From: Dethiobacter sp.
GTDB taxonomy: Bacteria; Bacillota; Dethiobacteria; DTU022; UBA8154
Assembly: GCA_003605065.1 (NCBI GenBank)
Contig: QZJM01000070.1
Span: 6,382-70,381, forward strand
Reading direction: 5' to 3'
Length of the DNA stretch: 64,000 bases
Positions 9,746-18,343 of the stretch are shown in pieces. The notes below the pieces were generated by a model, which was given only the letters and a program-made list of their open reading frames with translations, searched no databases and was not told the DNA's origin. The translations under genes were made by a program, and so were the position numbers. How positions within the stretch are numbered: position 1 is the stretch's first letter; each line of letters starts with the position of its first letter.

Positions 9746-10831
9746 ATGATCAGCGTGGAAACGGGGATTGTAGAAAAGATTATCTGGGCCAGAGAGGGAA
9801 TTCAATGCCTGGAGGTAAAACTTGGGGATAAAAGGGAAAAAGCTCTAAATTATCCTTGCCTTACCGGAACAGCCTTGCCGGGACACCGGGTTATTTTAAA
9901 TACCACCGCTGTCCAACTGGGACTGGGCAGCGGCGGTTACCACTTCGTGATGGCAAATTATATCGTTAATTCTTTACCTTTAAGCTCCAACGGTCATATC
10001 ATAAAAATGAGATATACGCCTCTGCAATGCAAAGTTCAGGTTTATGAAGAGATTTTGGGAAGTAAAAACTCCTCCTCGGCCCTGAGCAAATACGAAGGAT
10101 TAAAAAATGTCCCTGTTGTCATCGGGGAATTGCACAGTATGGTTGCACCTTTTGTTCTGACCTTGAAGATGCTGAATCCTACCCGGAGAATTGTTTATAT
10201 CATGACTGACAGCGCGGCTCTTCCCCTTTATCTGAGCGATACTATATCCTGCTTAAAAAATGATTCCCTGTTGGAAGGCACGGTAACCTGCGGGCACGCC
10301 TTTGGCGGGGACCTGGAAACAGTTAATATTTATACTGCTTTAATGGCTGCCAGGGAGGAATTAAAGGCCGATGTTATTTTTGTGGCACCGGGACCCGGGG
10401 TAGTCGGTACTTGTACCCGTTATGGGTACAGCGGTATTGAGCAGGGTGAACATATAGATAGAGTACGAAAGCTGCAGGGACTGCCGGTCGTTATCCCCAG
10501 AATCAGCTTTAGCGATGCGCGAACCAGGCATTATGGTTTAAGCCATCACACCTTAACAGCTCTGGGTGAAATAGCTTCAGAAAGTGCTTTTTTGCCGCTG
10601 CCTCTCCTTGACAGGGATAAGATGGTTGTAATTTACAGGCAGCTTAAAATATCCGGACTGCTGGGGAAGCACAAAATTGTCATTGTAAACAAACCACAAA
10701 GACTTAAATTTTTCCAGATCAAAAATTTTAGGCTTCAAACCATGGGGAGAGGGGTTAAGGATGATCCTGCTTTTTTTGTCACAGCTATGGCTGCTGCATC
10801 TTTTACGGAAAGAATTATACCTGTGCATTGA
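9746..10831 (+). CDS. DUF3866 family protein
   Basis: VILNTTAVQLGLGSGGYHFV, GHIIKMRYTPLQ, VVIGELHS, GHAFGGDLETVN, GPGVVGT, LSHHTLT; usual position after steA/GT genes. Confidence 0.8.
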   Translation: MISVETGIVEKIIWAREGIQCLEVKLGDKREKALNYPCLTGTALPGHRVILNTTAVQLGLGSGGYHFVMANYIVNSLPLSSNGHIIKMRYTPLQCKVQVYEEILGSKNSSSALSKYEGLKNVPVVIGELHSMVAPFVLTLKMLNPTRRIVYIMTDSAALPLYLSDTISCLKNDSLLEGTVTCGHAFGGDLETVNIYTALMAAREELKADVIFVAPGPGVVGTCTRYGYSGIEQGEHIDRVRKLQGLPVVIPRISFSDARTRHYGLSHHTLTALGEIASESAFLPLPLLDRDKMVVIYRQLKISGLLGKHKIVIVNKPQRLKFFQIKNFRLQTMGRGVKDDPAFFVTAMAAASFTERIIPVH

Positions 10832-10854
10832 TTATTTTTAAAAGCATCTTAAAA

Positions 10855-10883
10855 CATATTAACCTTTTCTTAAACATATGTAT
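10855..10883 (+). promoter_or_regulatory. Putative sigE-type promoter of spoIIM
   Basis: CATATT, 14 nt, CATATGTAT; spoIIM is sigE-dependent in B. subtilis. Confidence 0.55.
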
Positions 10884-10918
10884 TTATCAGTAAAAGGACA
10901 ACCCGAAGAGGTCAATAT

Positions 10919-11557
10919 ATGTTTAAACCGATGCGCAGGGCTTTTTTAGAATATCTCAGGGAAAATTTGGGTATATATACGGTTGTAATTATCTTTTTTG
11001 GGGCTGGGATTATTTCCGGTTCTGTTTTATTGAGGTTTTTAAAAGAAAGCCAGTTGGCAGAGCTTAATACGGCCGTGTCTTATTTTATGGAGGGTTTAAA
11101 AAATGAAAGTTATAACATGCTGCAACCCCTGGACTTGTTAAAAGTTTCCCTTCAAAAGAATATCCTGTTCCATTTTATGTTGTGGGCACTGGGGTTTTTA
11201 TGGATAGGTTTCCCTTTTATTCTGGTTGTTTTGGCCCTAAAAGGTTTTGCACTTGGTTTTACAGTTGCGTTTATCGTTTACCGCTCTGCTTTAAAGGGTT
11301 TAATATTCTGCCTGGCCGCTGTTTTGCCCCATAATCTGCTGCTGCTTCCCGCGTATCTTGTTGCAGCAGCCACGGCGTTGACTCTTTCACTTTTAAAGCT
11401 GAAAGAGCGCCTGGGTAAAAAGCGTACAGACAGGAACCACTATTACCGGGGGTACTGCTATTTAATGCTTTTACTTTTAGTTATTATTTTAATGGGCGGA
11501 TTGGTGGAAGCTTACATAACGCCTGTGTTTATGCGCCTGGTGATTTCAATTATATAA
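10919..11557 (+). CDS. spoIIM: Stage II sporulation protein M
   Basis: Polytopic membrane protein with KGFALGFT, VLPHNLLL, VEAYITP motifs; upstream of xerD. Confidence 0.9.
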   Translation: MFKPMRRAFLEYLRENLGIYTVVIIFFGAGIISGSVLLRFLKESQLAELNTAVSYFMEGLKNESYNMLQPLDLLKVSLQKNILFHFMLWALGFLWIGFPFILVVLALKGFALGFTVAFIVYRSALKGLIFCLAAVLPHNLLLLPAYLVAAATALTLSLLKLKERLGKKRTDRNHYYRGYCYLMLLLLVIILMGGLVEAYITPVFMRLVISII

Positions 11558-11599
11558 CACTAAAGGTAAATTAAATTAAAGACAAATGGCTTTTAAAAA

Positions 11600-11624
11600 A
11601 GGATTTTAAACAAGCGTGTGGAAT
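11600..11624 (+). promoter_or_regulatory. Putative sigH-type promoter of xerD-deoB-pdp
   Basis: AGGA (11600-11603), 17 nt, GAAT (11621-11624). Confidence 0.5.
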
Positions 11625-11669
11625 AAGATATAAAAATTGCTGGATTTTAGTTAAAGGGGATAGCCTTGG

Positions 11670-12557
11670 ATGGAGAGGATTTTAAAGGATTTTATTTACT
11701 ATCTTTCGGTGGAAAGAGGACTGGCTGATAATACCCTGGATTCGTACCGGCGGGATTTGAATAAGTATTTACAGTTTTTAAAAAAAAATAATGTTGATAC
11801 TTTAAATGGTACTTCCAGGAAAACCATCTCCCAGTATCTGTTGGAACAAAGGGAAAAAGGGCTGGCTCCTTCGACTTTAACCAGAAATTTGGCTTCCATA
11901 CGTTCTTTTTATAATTTCCTCTTAAAAGAACAATTAATTCAGGAAAATTATGCTGCAGAGCTGGAATCTCCCCGAACCGAGAAAAAACTCCCCCGGGTTC
12001 TTTCATTTAAAGATATGGAACTATTGCTGGAACAACCTGAAACCAGGGAAGTAATCGGGATGAGGGACAAGGCTATGCTGGAGCTGTTATATGCTACGGG
12101 CATACGGGTTTCCGAACTGGTTTCCCTGAGTTTAAACAATGTGAATATTAAAATGGGTTTTTTAAGATGTGAAGGTAAAGGAAATAAAGAAAGAATGATA
12201 CCCCTGGGCTCTGTTGCTATTAGAAGCCTGCAGGAATACCTCCAGCATGCCAGGCTTAAATTATTAAAACAAAAAGACGAAAAAGCGCTTTTTATAAACC
12301 AGCACGGAAAACGACTGACCAGGCAGGGCTTCTGGAAAATATTAAAAAAGTATGCACTTAAGGCTGGTTTTAGTACAGAGATTACCCCTCATACCCTGCG
12401 GCATTCTTTTGCCACCCACCTTCTGGAGAATGGAGCAGATCTTCGCTCAGTTCAGGAGATGCTGGGTCATGCCGATATTTCTACTACCCAGATTTATACC
12501 CAGATAACCAGGCGTAAAATTAAGGAAATTTATGACCAGACACACCCGCGGGCTTGA
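11670..12557 (+). CDS. xerD: Site-specific tyrosine recombinase XerD
   Basis: ERGLADNT.SY.RDL, LYATGIRVSE, GKGNKER, TPHTLRHSFATHL, LGHADISTTQIY; housekeeping context. Confidence 0.96.
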   Translation: MERILKDFIYYLSVERGLADNTLDSYRRDLNKYLQFLKKNNVDTLNGTSRKTISQYLLEQREKGLAPSTLTRNLASIRSFYNFLLKEQLIQENYAAELESPRTEKKLPRVLSFKDMELLLEQPETREVIGMRDKAMLELLYATGIRVSELVSLSLNNVNIKMGFLRCEGKGNKERMIPLGSVAIRSLQEYLQHARLKLLKQKDEKALFINQHGKRLTRQGFWKILKKYALKAGFSTEITPHTLRHSFATHLLENGADLRSVQEMLGHADISTTQIYTQITRRKIKEIYDQTHPRA

Positions 12558-12590
12558 TTTAAGGGGGTAAAATAAATTTTAATAAAAAGG

Positions 12591-13760
12591 GTGTTTATTA
12601 TTGTTTTAGATGGCGCGGGGGTAGGGGCTCTGCCGGATGCTGCCAGTTTTAGTGATCTGGGGAGCAACACTCTGGGCCATGTTGCTTTAAAAAGAAAAGA
12701 TCTTAAGATAGCCAATCTGGTGGCAATGGGCCTGAACAGGGTGGTTTCCCTGAAAGGAACAAGGGATACGGAAAAGACGCTGGGGGCTTATGGTAAGATG
12801 GCAGAGCTCTCGCCGGGTAAAGATACGATTACAGGGCACTGGGAACTGGCTGGTTTGATTTTACAAAAACCTTTTCCCCTTTATCCTCAGGGCTTTCCCC
12901 CAGAGATAATTGCCTCTTTTGAAAAACTGATTGGCCGCAGAACGCTGGGTAATATCCCTTTTTCGGGCACGGAAATTATTAAAAAACTGGGAGAGGAGCA
13001 CTTGAGGACTGGTTTTCCTATCGTCTATACCTCTGCAGACAGCGTATTCCAGGTAGCCGCCCATGAAGAAATCGTTTCCCCGGAAACCCTGTACGAATGG
13101 TGCTCAACAGCACGCCAGAAAATCCTGGTAGGGGGGAATGCCGTAGGCAGGGTTATTGCCAGGCCTTTTAAAGGCGAACCCGGCAATTTTATTCGTTCCC
13201 AAGGGCGAAAGGATTTTTCCCTGGCGCCTCCGGGGCCGACACTGCTGGATGTGGCTAAAGACGCAGGATACCAGGTACGGGTAATAGGCAAAGTAAAAGA
13301 TATTTTTGCAGGGAAGGGTATCACCGATCACCTTCCTGCTTCAGACAACAGAAGTACGATGGAAGCTGTTTCTTATGCCCTGCGGGAAGACTTCAAAGGT
13401 ATTTTGTGGGCCAATTTCATTGATTTTGATATGTTATACGGCCACAGGAACGATGTGGATGGTTTTGCGGCAGCGCTGGAAGACTTTGACGTCTTTTTGG
13501 GAAATTTCATGAAACTTTTGAAAAGTGAAGATATGCTGCTTGTTACTGCTGATCATGGCTGTGATCCGACTTTTAAAGGAACGGATCATACCCGGGAATA
13601 TGTACCGCTGCTTGTCTTTGGTGCTAAAATTATTCCCGGTGATCTGGGAATCAGGGAAAGTTTTGCGGACCTGGGGGCTACGGTGGCGGAAGTGTTAGGA
13701 TGTAAAGGGGTACTGCACGGACAGAGCTTCGCTGGAAAATTATTTAATGAGGAGATATAA
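12591..13760 (+). CDS. deoB: Phosphopentomutase
   Basis: IVLDGAGVG..PDA, GKDTITGHWE, YTSADSV, DFDMLYGHRND, TADHGCDPT, DHTRE; GTG start. Confidence 0.95.
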   Translation: MFIIVLDGAGVGALPDAASFSDLGSNTLGHVALKRKDLKIANLVAMGLNRVVSLKGTRDTEKTLGAYGKMAELSPGKDTITGHWELAGLILQKPFPLYPQGFPPEIIASFEKLIGRRTLGNIPFSGTEIIKKLGEEHLRTGFPIVYTSADSVFQVAAHEEIVSPETLYEWCSTARQKILVGGNAVGRVIARPFKGEPGNFIRSQGRKDFSLAPPGPTLLDVAKDAGYQVRVIGKVKDIFAGKGITDHLPASDNRSTMEAVSYALREDFKGILWANFIDFDMLYGHRNDVDGFAAALEDFDVFLGNFMKLLKSEDMLLVTADHGCDPTFKGTDHTREYVPLLVFGAKIIPGDLGIRESFADLGATVAEVLGCKGVLHGQSFAGKLFNEEI

Positions 13761-13761
13761 A

Positions 13762-15078
13762 ATGAGGGTTTTGGAATTGATTCTAAAAAAAAGAGACGGC
13801 GGGAATCTTTCGGCGGAGGAAATCGGCTTCCTGATAAGTGAATTTAACAGGGGAAATATACCGGATTACCAGATGTCAGCTCTTTTAATGGCCATTTATT
13901 TTCAGGGCTTAAATGCCAGGGAAACCACCGCGCTTACTGCTGCCCTGGCCGAATCGGGAGAGATGCTGGACTTTTCCTCACTGGGTGCTATCGTGGCGGA
14001 TAAACACAGCAGTGGAGGGGTAGGGGACAAAATAACCCTCGTTCTGGCTCCCCTGGTAGCTGCAGCCGGAGTTCCAGTAGCAAAAATTTCCGGAAGGGGC
14101 CTGGGATTTACAGGAGGCACTATCGATAAACTGGAGAGTATTCCCGGGTTTAGCGCCCGGTTACCCGTAGAAAAATTTATGGAATTAGTCCGGGAAAATA
14201 ACCTGGCTATTATGGCCCAGACGGAGAGGTTGACTCCGGCAGATGGAAAGCTTTACGCTCTGAGGGATGTTACGGGGACAGTAGAAAACATTTCCTTGAT
14301 AGCAGCCTCTATTATGAGTAAAAAAATTGCTGCCGGGGCCAATGCTATTTTATTGGACGTGAAAATGGGGAAGGGGGCCTTTATACAAAACAGGGAAGAG
14401 GCTTTTCATCTTGCTGAAACAATGGTTCGTATCGGCAAAGAAATGGGCAGGCGCGTAGTTTCGGTAGTTACCGATATGAACCAGCCCCTGGGTTTTGCTG
14501 TGGGTAATGCCCTGGAAATAAAAGAAATAATGGCCGTTCTTAACGGACAGGGGCCTTCTGATGTAGAACATCTTGCGGTTCTCCTGGGTGGCTATTTACT
14601 GGCCTTAGTAGGCAAGGTAAGAAATCCCGAAGAAGGTCAGGAAGAACTCTCCAGGCTAATAAAAAATGGTGCTGCGCTGAAAAAGTTTAAACAAATGGTA
14701 ATTTCTCAGGGTGGCCGCAGTGAGTGCCTGGAAGATCTTTCTCTCCTGCCGCAGGCAAAATTTGTGGAAATGATTAAAGCACCTAAACCCGGCTATCTTC
14801 ATGATATTGATGCCAGGAAGGTCGGTAAAGTAGCGGCTCTCCTGGGAGCAGGCCGGTTCTTTAAAGGGGATGAAATTGATTATTCTGTGGGAGTCGTTTT
14901 AAACCATAAAGTTGGGGATAGCGTTGCTGCAGGGGATGTCCTGGCTCATATTCACGGTAATAATGAAGACACCCTTAAAACTGCTTTTAAAGAGATTTCC
15001 GGTGCTTTTTCTATAGGCGAAGAAAAGTCCCCGGGCTTTCCTCTTGTTTACGGTGTGGTTCCACCGTTTCCCAGTTGA
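13762..15078 (+). CDS. pdp: Pyrimidine-nucleoside phosphorylase
   Basis: DKHSSGGVGDK, KISGRGLGFTGGTIDKLESIPG, LYALRDVTGTV, SIMSKK, LDVKMGKGAF. Confidence 0.95.
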   Translation: MRVLELILKKRDGGNLSAEEIGFLISEFNRGNIPDYQMSALLMAIYFQGLNARETTALTAALAESGEMLDFSSLGAIVADKHSSGGVGDKITLVLAPLVAAAGVPVAKISGRGLGFTGGTIDKLESIPGFSARLPVEKFMELVRENNLAIMAQTERLTPADGKLYALRDVTGTVENISLIAASIMSKKIAAGANAILLDVKMGKGAFIQNREEAFHLAETMVRIGKEMGRRVVSVVTDMNQPLGFAVGNALEIKEIMAVLNGQGPSDVEHLAVLLGGYLLALVGKVRNPEEGQEELSRLIKNGAALKKFKQMVISQGGRSECLEDLSLLPQAKFVEMIKAPKPGYLHDIDARKVGKVAALLGAGRFFKGDEIDYSVGVVLNHKVGDSVAAGDVLAHIHGNNEDTLKTAFKEISGAFSIGEEKSPGFPLVYGVVPPFPS

Positions 15079-15108
15079 AAATATAGTCTTATAAAAACGA
15101 TGAAAACG

Positions 15109-15144
15109 AAGCCTTACTTAATAATAAAGAAGTGAGGCTTTTTT
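15109..15144 (+). terminator. Rho-independent terminator after pdp
   Basis: AAGCCTTACTT...AAGTGAGGCTT (one G.U pair) followed by TTTT. Confidence 0.7.
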
Positions 15145-15173
15145 GTATCATTTTATAAGCGCTGGGAAAAATA
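15144..15173 (+). promoter_or_regulatory. Putative sigF-type promoter of dacF
   Basis: TGTATC -35-like box, ~15 nt, GGGAAAAATA matching GGNRANANTW. Confidence 0.55.
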
Positions 15174-15193
15174 AAAACAGGAGGGATATTAAT

Positions 15194-16378
15194 ATGAAAA
15201 TAAAATATTCACGTCTTTTCTGTCTTATGCTTTCCCTTACGATTCTTGTGATAATTTGTTTTTGGCCTGCGGACAATACAGTTTCTGCCTTTGAAATGGA
15301 GATACAATCGAAGGCGGCCCTGTTAATGGAGGCTCATACGGGAGACATTCTTTTTGCCCGCAATGAACATGAGAAGCTTTTCCCCGCAAGCGTAACAAAA
15401 ATCATGACCCTGCTGCTGGCCCTGGAGGAATTAAACACAGGGGATATCACCCTGGAGGACGAAGTTCCCATTTCGGGTAAAGCATCATCCATGGGCGGCT
15501 CACAACTCTTCTTGAGCGCTGGAGATGTAGTAGAACTGGAATCTCTTTTAATTGGAATTACCGTAGGATCAGGTAATGATGCTGCGGTTGCTGTGGCCGA
15601 ATATATGGCCGGCAGTGAGGAAGCTTTTGTTGAGCGTATGAACAAGCGGGCGGTGGAGTTGGGGATGAAAAATACAAATTTTATCAACTGTACCGGCCTG
15701 CACCACGATGAGCATTATTCCACGGCTTATGACGTTGCTTTAATGAGCAGGGAGCTAATTAACTATCCCCGTTTTTTTAGCTGGAGTAAAATATGGATGG
15801 ATGAAAATTTTTTGGAGGGTATTATTAAAAGCGGTAAGGTTTATCTGAGCAATACCAACAGGCTGATTCGCTATTACCAGGATTGCGACGGTATTAAAAC
15901 GGGCTTTACCAGGGAGTCGGGGCATAGTATTGCGGCTTCGGCCCAGAGAAAAGATACACGTTTTATAGCCGTTGTACTTAACGCCCCTTCCAGCGATATA
16001 CGTTATGAAGAGGCCAAAAACCTTCTCAACTTTGGTTTTGCCAACTATTATACTATTCTCCTGGCCGGTAAAAAGGAAAAGGTATCCAGGCTTCCGGTAG
16101 AAAAGGGCTGCCGGAGAGAAGTGGATGTTGTTACCAGTGATATTTTAAGTTTGCTGGTTAAAAAAGGTGAAGAGCCGCAGTATACTACAGAAGTTGTCCT
16201 GCCGAAAAAACTGGGAGCCCCTCTTTCTTTGGAGAATAAAGTAGGAATAATGAAGGTCATGCAAGGAGATAAAGTGTTAAAAGAAGTTGAACTGGAGGTT
16301 ACGCAGGAAGTGGAAAGAGCGTCCCTGGTTCAACTTTTGCGGAGATATATGGAGGTATGGTTGAAATTTGGTCGTTAA
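15194..16378 (+). CDS. dacF: D-alanyl-D-alanine carboxypeptidase DacF
   Basis: SVTK, SGN and KTG penicillin-binding motifs; signal-like N-terminus; immediately upstream of spoIIA. Confidence 0.9.
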   Translation: MKIKYSRLFCLMLSLTILVIICFWPADNTVSAFEMEIQSKAALLMEAHTGDILFARNEHEKLFPASVTKIMTLLLALEELNTGDITLEDEVPISGKASSMGGSQLFLSAGDVVELESLLIGITVGSGNDAAVAVAEYMAGSEEAFVERMNKRAVELGMKNTNFINCTGLHHDEHYSTAYDVALMSRELINYPRFFSWSKIWMDENFLEGIIKSGKVYLSNTNRLIRYYQDCDGIKTGFTRESGHSIAASAQRKDTRFIAVVLNAPSSDIRYEEAKNLLNFGFANYYTILLAGKKEKVSRLPVEKGCRREVDVVTSDILSLLVKKGEEPQYTTEVVLPKKLGAPLSLENKVGIMKVMQGDKVLKEVELEVTQEVERASLVQLLRRYMEVWLKFGR

Positions 16379-16389
16379 AATATTTTACA

Positions 16390-16415
16390 AAAGCCCGTTA
16401 AGGGCTTTATTTTTT
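16390..16415 (+). terminator. Rho-independent terminator after dacF
   Basis: AAAGCCC-GTTAA-GGGCTTT then ATTTTTT. Confidence 0.7.
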
Positions 16416-16417
16416 GC

Positions 16418-16442
16418 AGGAAAATGCAGATAGACGTAGAAG
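16418..16442 (+). promoter_or_regulatory. Putative sigH-type promoter of the spoIIA operon
   Basis: AGGA (16418-16421), 17 nt, GAAG (16439-16442); spoIIA is sigH-dependent in B. subtilis. Confidence 0.5.
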
Positions 16443-16475
16443 TATTTTCCAGTAAGGCGGCGGAACAAAGGGGGG

Positions 16476-16820
16476 TTGAAATTGCAGGTTCAACTGATTA
16501 GAAGAAATAAAAACCTTATTGTCAGGCTAAAAGGTGAGTTAGACCATCATACCGCAATAAATTTTCGCCAGGTAGTGGAAAAGGAACTGGAAAAAGATAT
16601 TACAAAGAATCTGATTCTAAATATGGAAAACCTGACTTTTATGGACAGTTCCGGAATAGGAGCAATACTGGGACGTTATAAACAGGTTAAGGCAAAAGGA
16701 GGCCAAGTTATAATCTGCGGACTGGGCAGGCATAATAAAAAAATCCTGGAAATGGGCGGCCTGTTAAAAATAATTCCGGTCAGCAGTGACGAGAATAAAG
16801 CCCTGGAGAGCCTGAAATAA
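16476..16820 (+). CDS. spoIIAA: Anti-anti-sigma F factor
   Basis: STAS domain: LKGELDHHTA, FMDSSGIGAILGRYK phospho-Ser motif; TTG start. Confidence 0.95.
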   Translation: MKLQVQLIRRNKNLIVRLKGELDHHTAINFRQVVEKELEKDITKNLILNMENLTFMDSSGIGAILGRYKQVKAKGGQVIICGLGRHNKKILEMGGLLKIIPVSSDENKALESLK

Positions 16821-16954
16821 AGGGGCCATAACAAGGATTATTCAGTTAGCCGCTTCATATTTTGAAGGCAGGGATAAAAACCTGCACAAAGTTTTCAGTA
16901 TGTTATTAAAAAAGTTTAAAACCATTAAAATTTTAGGCGGGAGGTGTAACTGGT

Positions 16955-17416
16955 TTGTACGATTGCAGACCAGGTAAGCGGATGAATTATATGACGCTGG
17001 AAGTTCCGGCGAGATCAGAAAATGAAAGTTTTGTGCGGGTTGTAGTCGCTGCTTTTGTGGCACGCCTTGACCCTAACCTGGAAGAAATTAATGAAGTGAA
17101 AACTGCCGTCTCAGAAGCGGTGACCAACAGTATCTTACATGCTTACGAGGACGATAACGGCCTCATCAAGATTAATGCCGTTGTGGAAGATAACAGGCTT
17201 TTTGTAGAGATACTTGATACCGGAAAAGGCATCGAAGATATCGCCAGGGCCCGTGAACCTCTTTATACAGACAAACCGGAATTGGAGCGGTCTGGTATGG
17301 GTTTCACAATCATGGAAAATTTTATGGATGAAGTTGTAATTGAATCTGCTCCGGGGAAAGGTACGGTTATCAAGATGTTAAAAGTTTTTGGCAAAGTTGC
17401 AGAAAGTAATCATTAA
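16955..17416 (+). CDS. spoIIAB: Anti-sigma F factor (Ser kinase)
   Basis: SENESFVR, VSEAVTNSILH, DTGKGIEDI, ERSGMGFTIMENFMD, GKGT; TTG start behind GGGAGGTG. Confidence 0.95.
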   Translation: MYDCRPGKRMNYMTLEVPARSENESFVRVVVAAFVARLDPNLEEINEVKTAVSEAVTNSILHAYEDDNGLIKINAVVEDNRLFVEILDTGKGIEDIARAREPLYTDKPELERSGMGFTIMENFMDEVVIESAPGKGTVIKMLKVFGKVAESNH

Positions 17417-17433
17417 AAAAGGGGTAAAATCAG

Positions 17434-18150
17434 ATGGCGGAATTTACAGAGAAAGAATTACAGGAGCTATACCTTAAAAACAGGCAGGGGGACCTTCAGG
17501 CCAGGGAAAAAGTGATAAATTACAACTTGCCCCTCGTCCATGCCATATGTAAAAGGTTTTATCCCATGGAAACAGCAGTAGATTATGATGATCTTTTTCA
17601 GGAAGGCTGTATCGGCCTGCTTATGGCGTTAAGTAAATATGATCCCGGAAAGGGGACAAAATTTTCAACTTATGCCGTTCCCTTTATACTTGGCGAAATA
17701 AGGTCCTGTTTAAGGCGCAATGGTCATCTTTTAAAGGTTTCCCGCTCGAACCATGAACATTATTGCCGTCTCCTCAAAAGTAAAGAAGAACTGGTGCAAG
17801 AGCTTAAACGCCAGCCCCGCCTGGAGGAACTTGCTGAGAAAATGGGGCTGCCGGGAGAAGAGATTATCTGGTTGATGGAACTGCAAAACCCGGTAGGATC
17901 ACTGCAGGAAATTAACGAAACACCCCCCAGGGAGGAGGAAAACAGTGCTTTTAATACGGATAAGTTTTTTGACAGCCTCATAATCCAGGAAAAACTCAAC
18001 AACCTTCCCCCCCGTGAGAAGCAGATTATTGTTTTACGCTATATTTTGGAAAAAAGCCAGGAGGAAGTTGCCCAGATCCTGGGGTTATCACAGTCTCACA
18101 TATCCCGTCTGGAAAGACAGGCCATTAAAAATTTAAAAGAAAACGAATAA
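17434..18150 (+). CDS. sigF: Sporulation sigma factor F (divergent)
   Basis: DDLFQEGCIGLL, KFSTYAVP..GEI, LKVSRS, region 4 LPPREKQIIVLRY..SQEEVA..LGLSQ..ISRLE; third gene of spoIIA. Confidence 0.85.
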   Translation: MAEFTEKELQELYLKNRQGDLQAREKVINYNLPLVHAICKRFYPMETAVDYDDLFQEGCIGLLMALSKYDPGKGTKFSTYAVPFILGEIRSCLRRNGHLLKVSRSNHEHYCRLLKSKEELVQELKRQPRLEELAEKMGLPGEEIIWLMELQNPVGSLQEINETPPREEENSAFNTDKFFDSLIIQEKLNNLPPREKQIIVLRYILEKSQEEVAQILGLSQSHISRLERQAIKNLKENE

Positions 18151-18187
18151 TACTAAAGCGCCAAAAGAGATTAAAAAAGCACAGAAG

Positions 18188-18277
18188 CCATGGGGACATT
18201 CCATGGGGACATTCCTCTGAAAGAGGTGTGTCCCCTTACCTCTTCGGTGTGTCCCCTTACCTCTTCTGGGCTTTTTT
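18188..18277 (+). repeat. Hairpin with both arms tandemly duplicated (13 bp x2 and 21 bp x2), terminator-like
   Basis: CCATGGGGACATT at 18188-18200 and 18201-18213; GGTGTGTCCCCTTACCTCTTC at 18225-18245 and 18246-18266; GGGGACA/TGTCCCC are complementary; T run follows. Confidence 0.9.
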
Positions 18278-18283
18278 CTTTTT

Positions 18284-18313
18284 GTTATAAAAAAACTGCT
18301 AACGAGAATAATA
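18284..18313 (+). promoter_or_regulatory. Possible forespore (sigF/sigG-type) promoter
   Basis: GTTATA, 14 nt, GAGAATAATA. Confidence 0.4.
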
Positions 18314-18343
18314 AAATAAAGTAACTTCTGGGGGGAAGTTCAA

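Noticed and set aside
11670-12557. Tyrosine recombinase as a possible mobile-element integrase
   Set aside because: Typical XerD length, motifs and spoIIM-deoB context; no att sites or cargo
1911-13762. Usual neighbours missing (argR before recN, nudF/fur around spoIIM, punA between deoB and pdp)
   Set aside because: Presence at these positions varies among Bacillota and cannot be judged from one window; no remnants seen
18188-18266. Tandem repeats as a mini CRISPR array
   Set aside because: Repeats are directly adjacent with no spacers, come in two different units, and no cas genes are present
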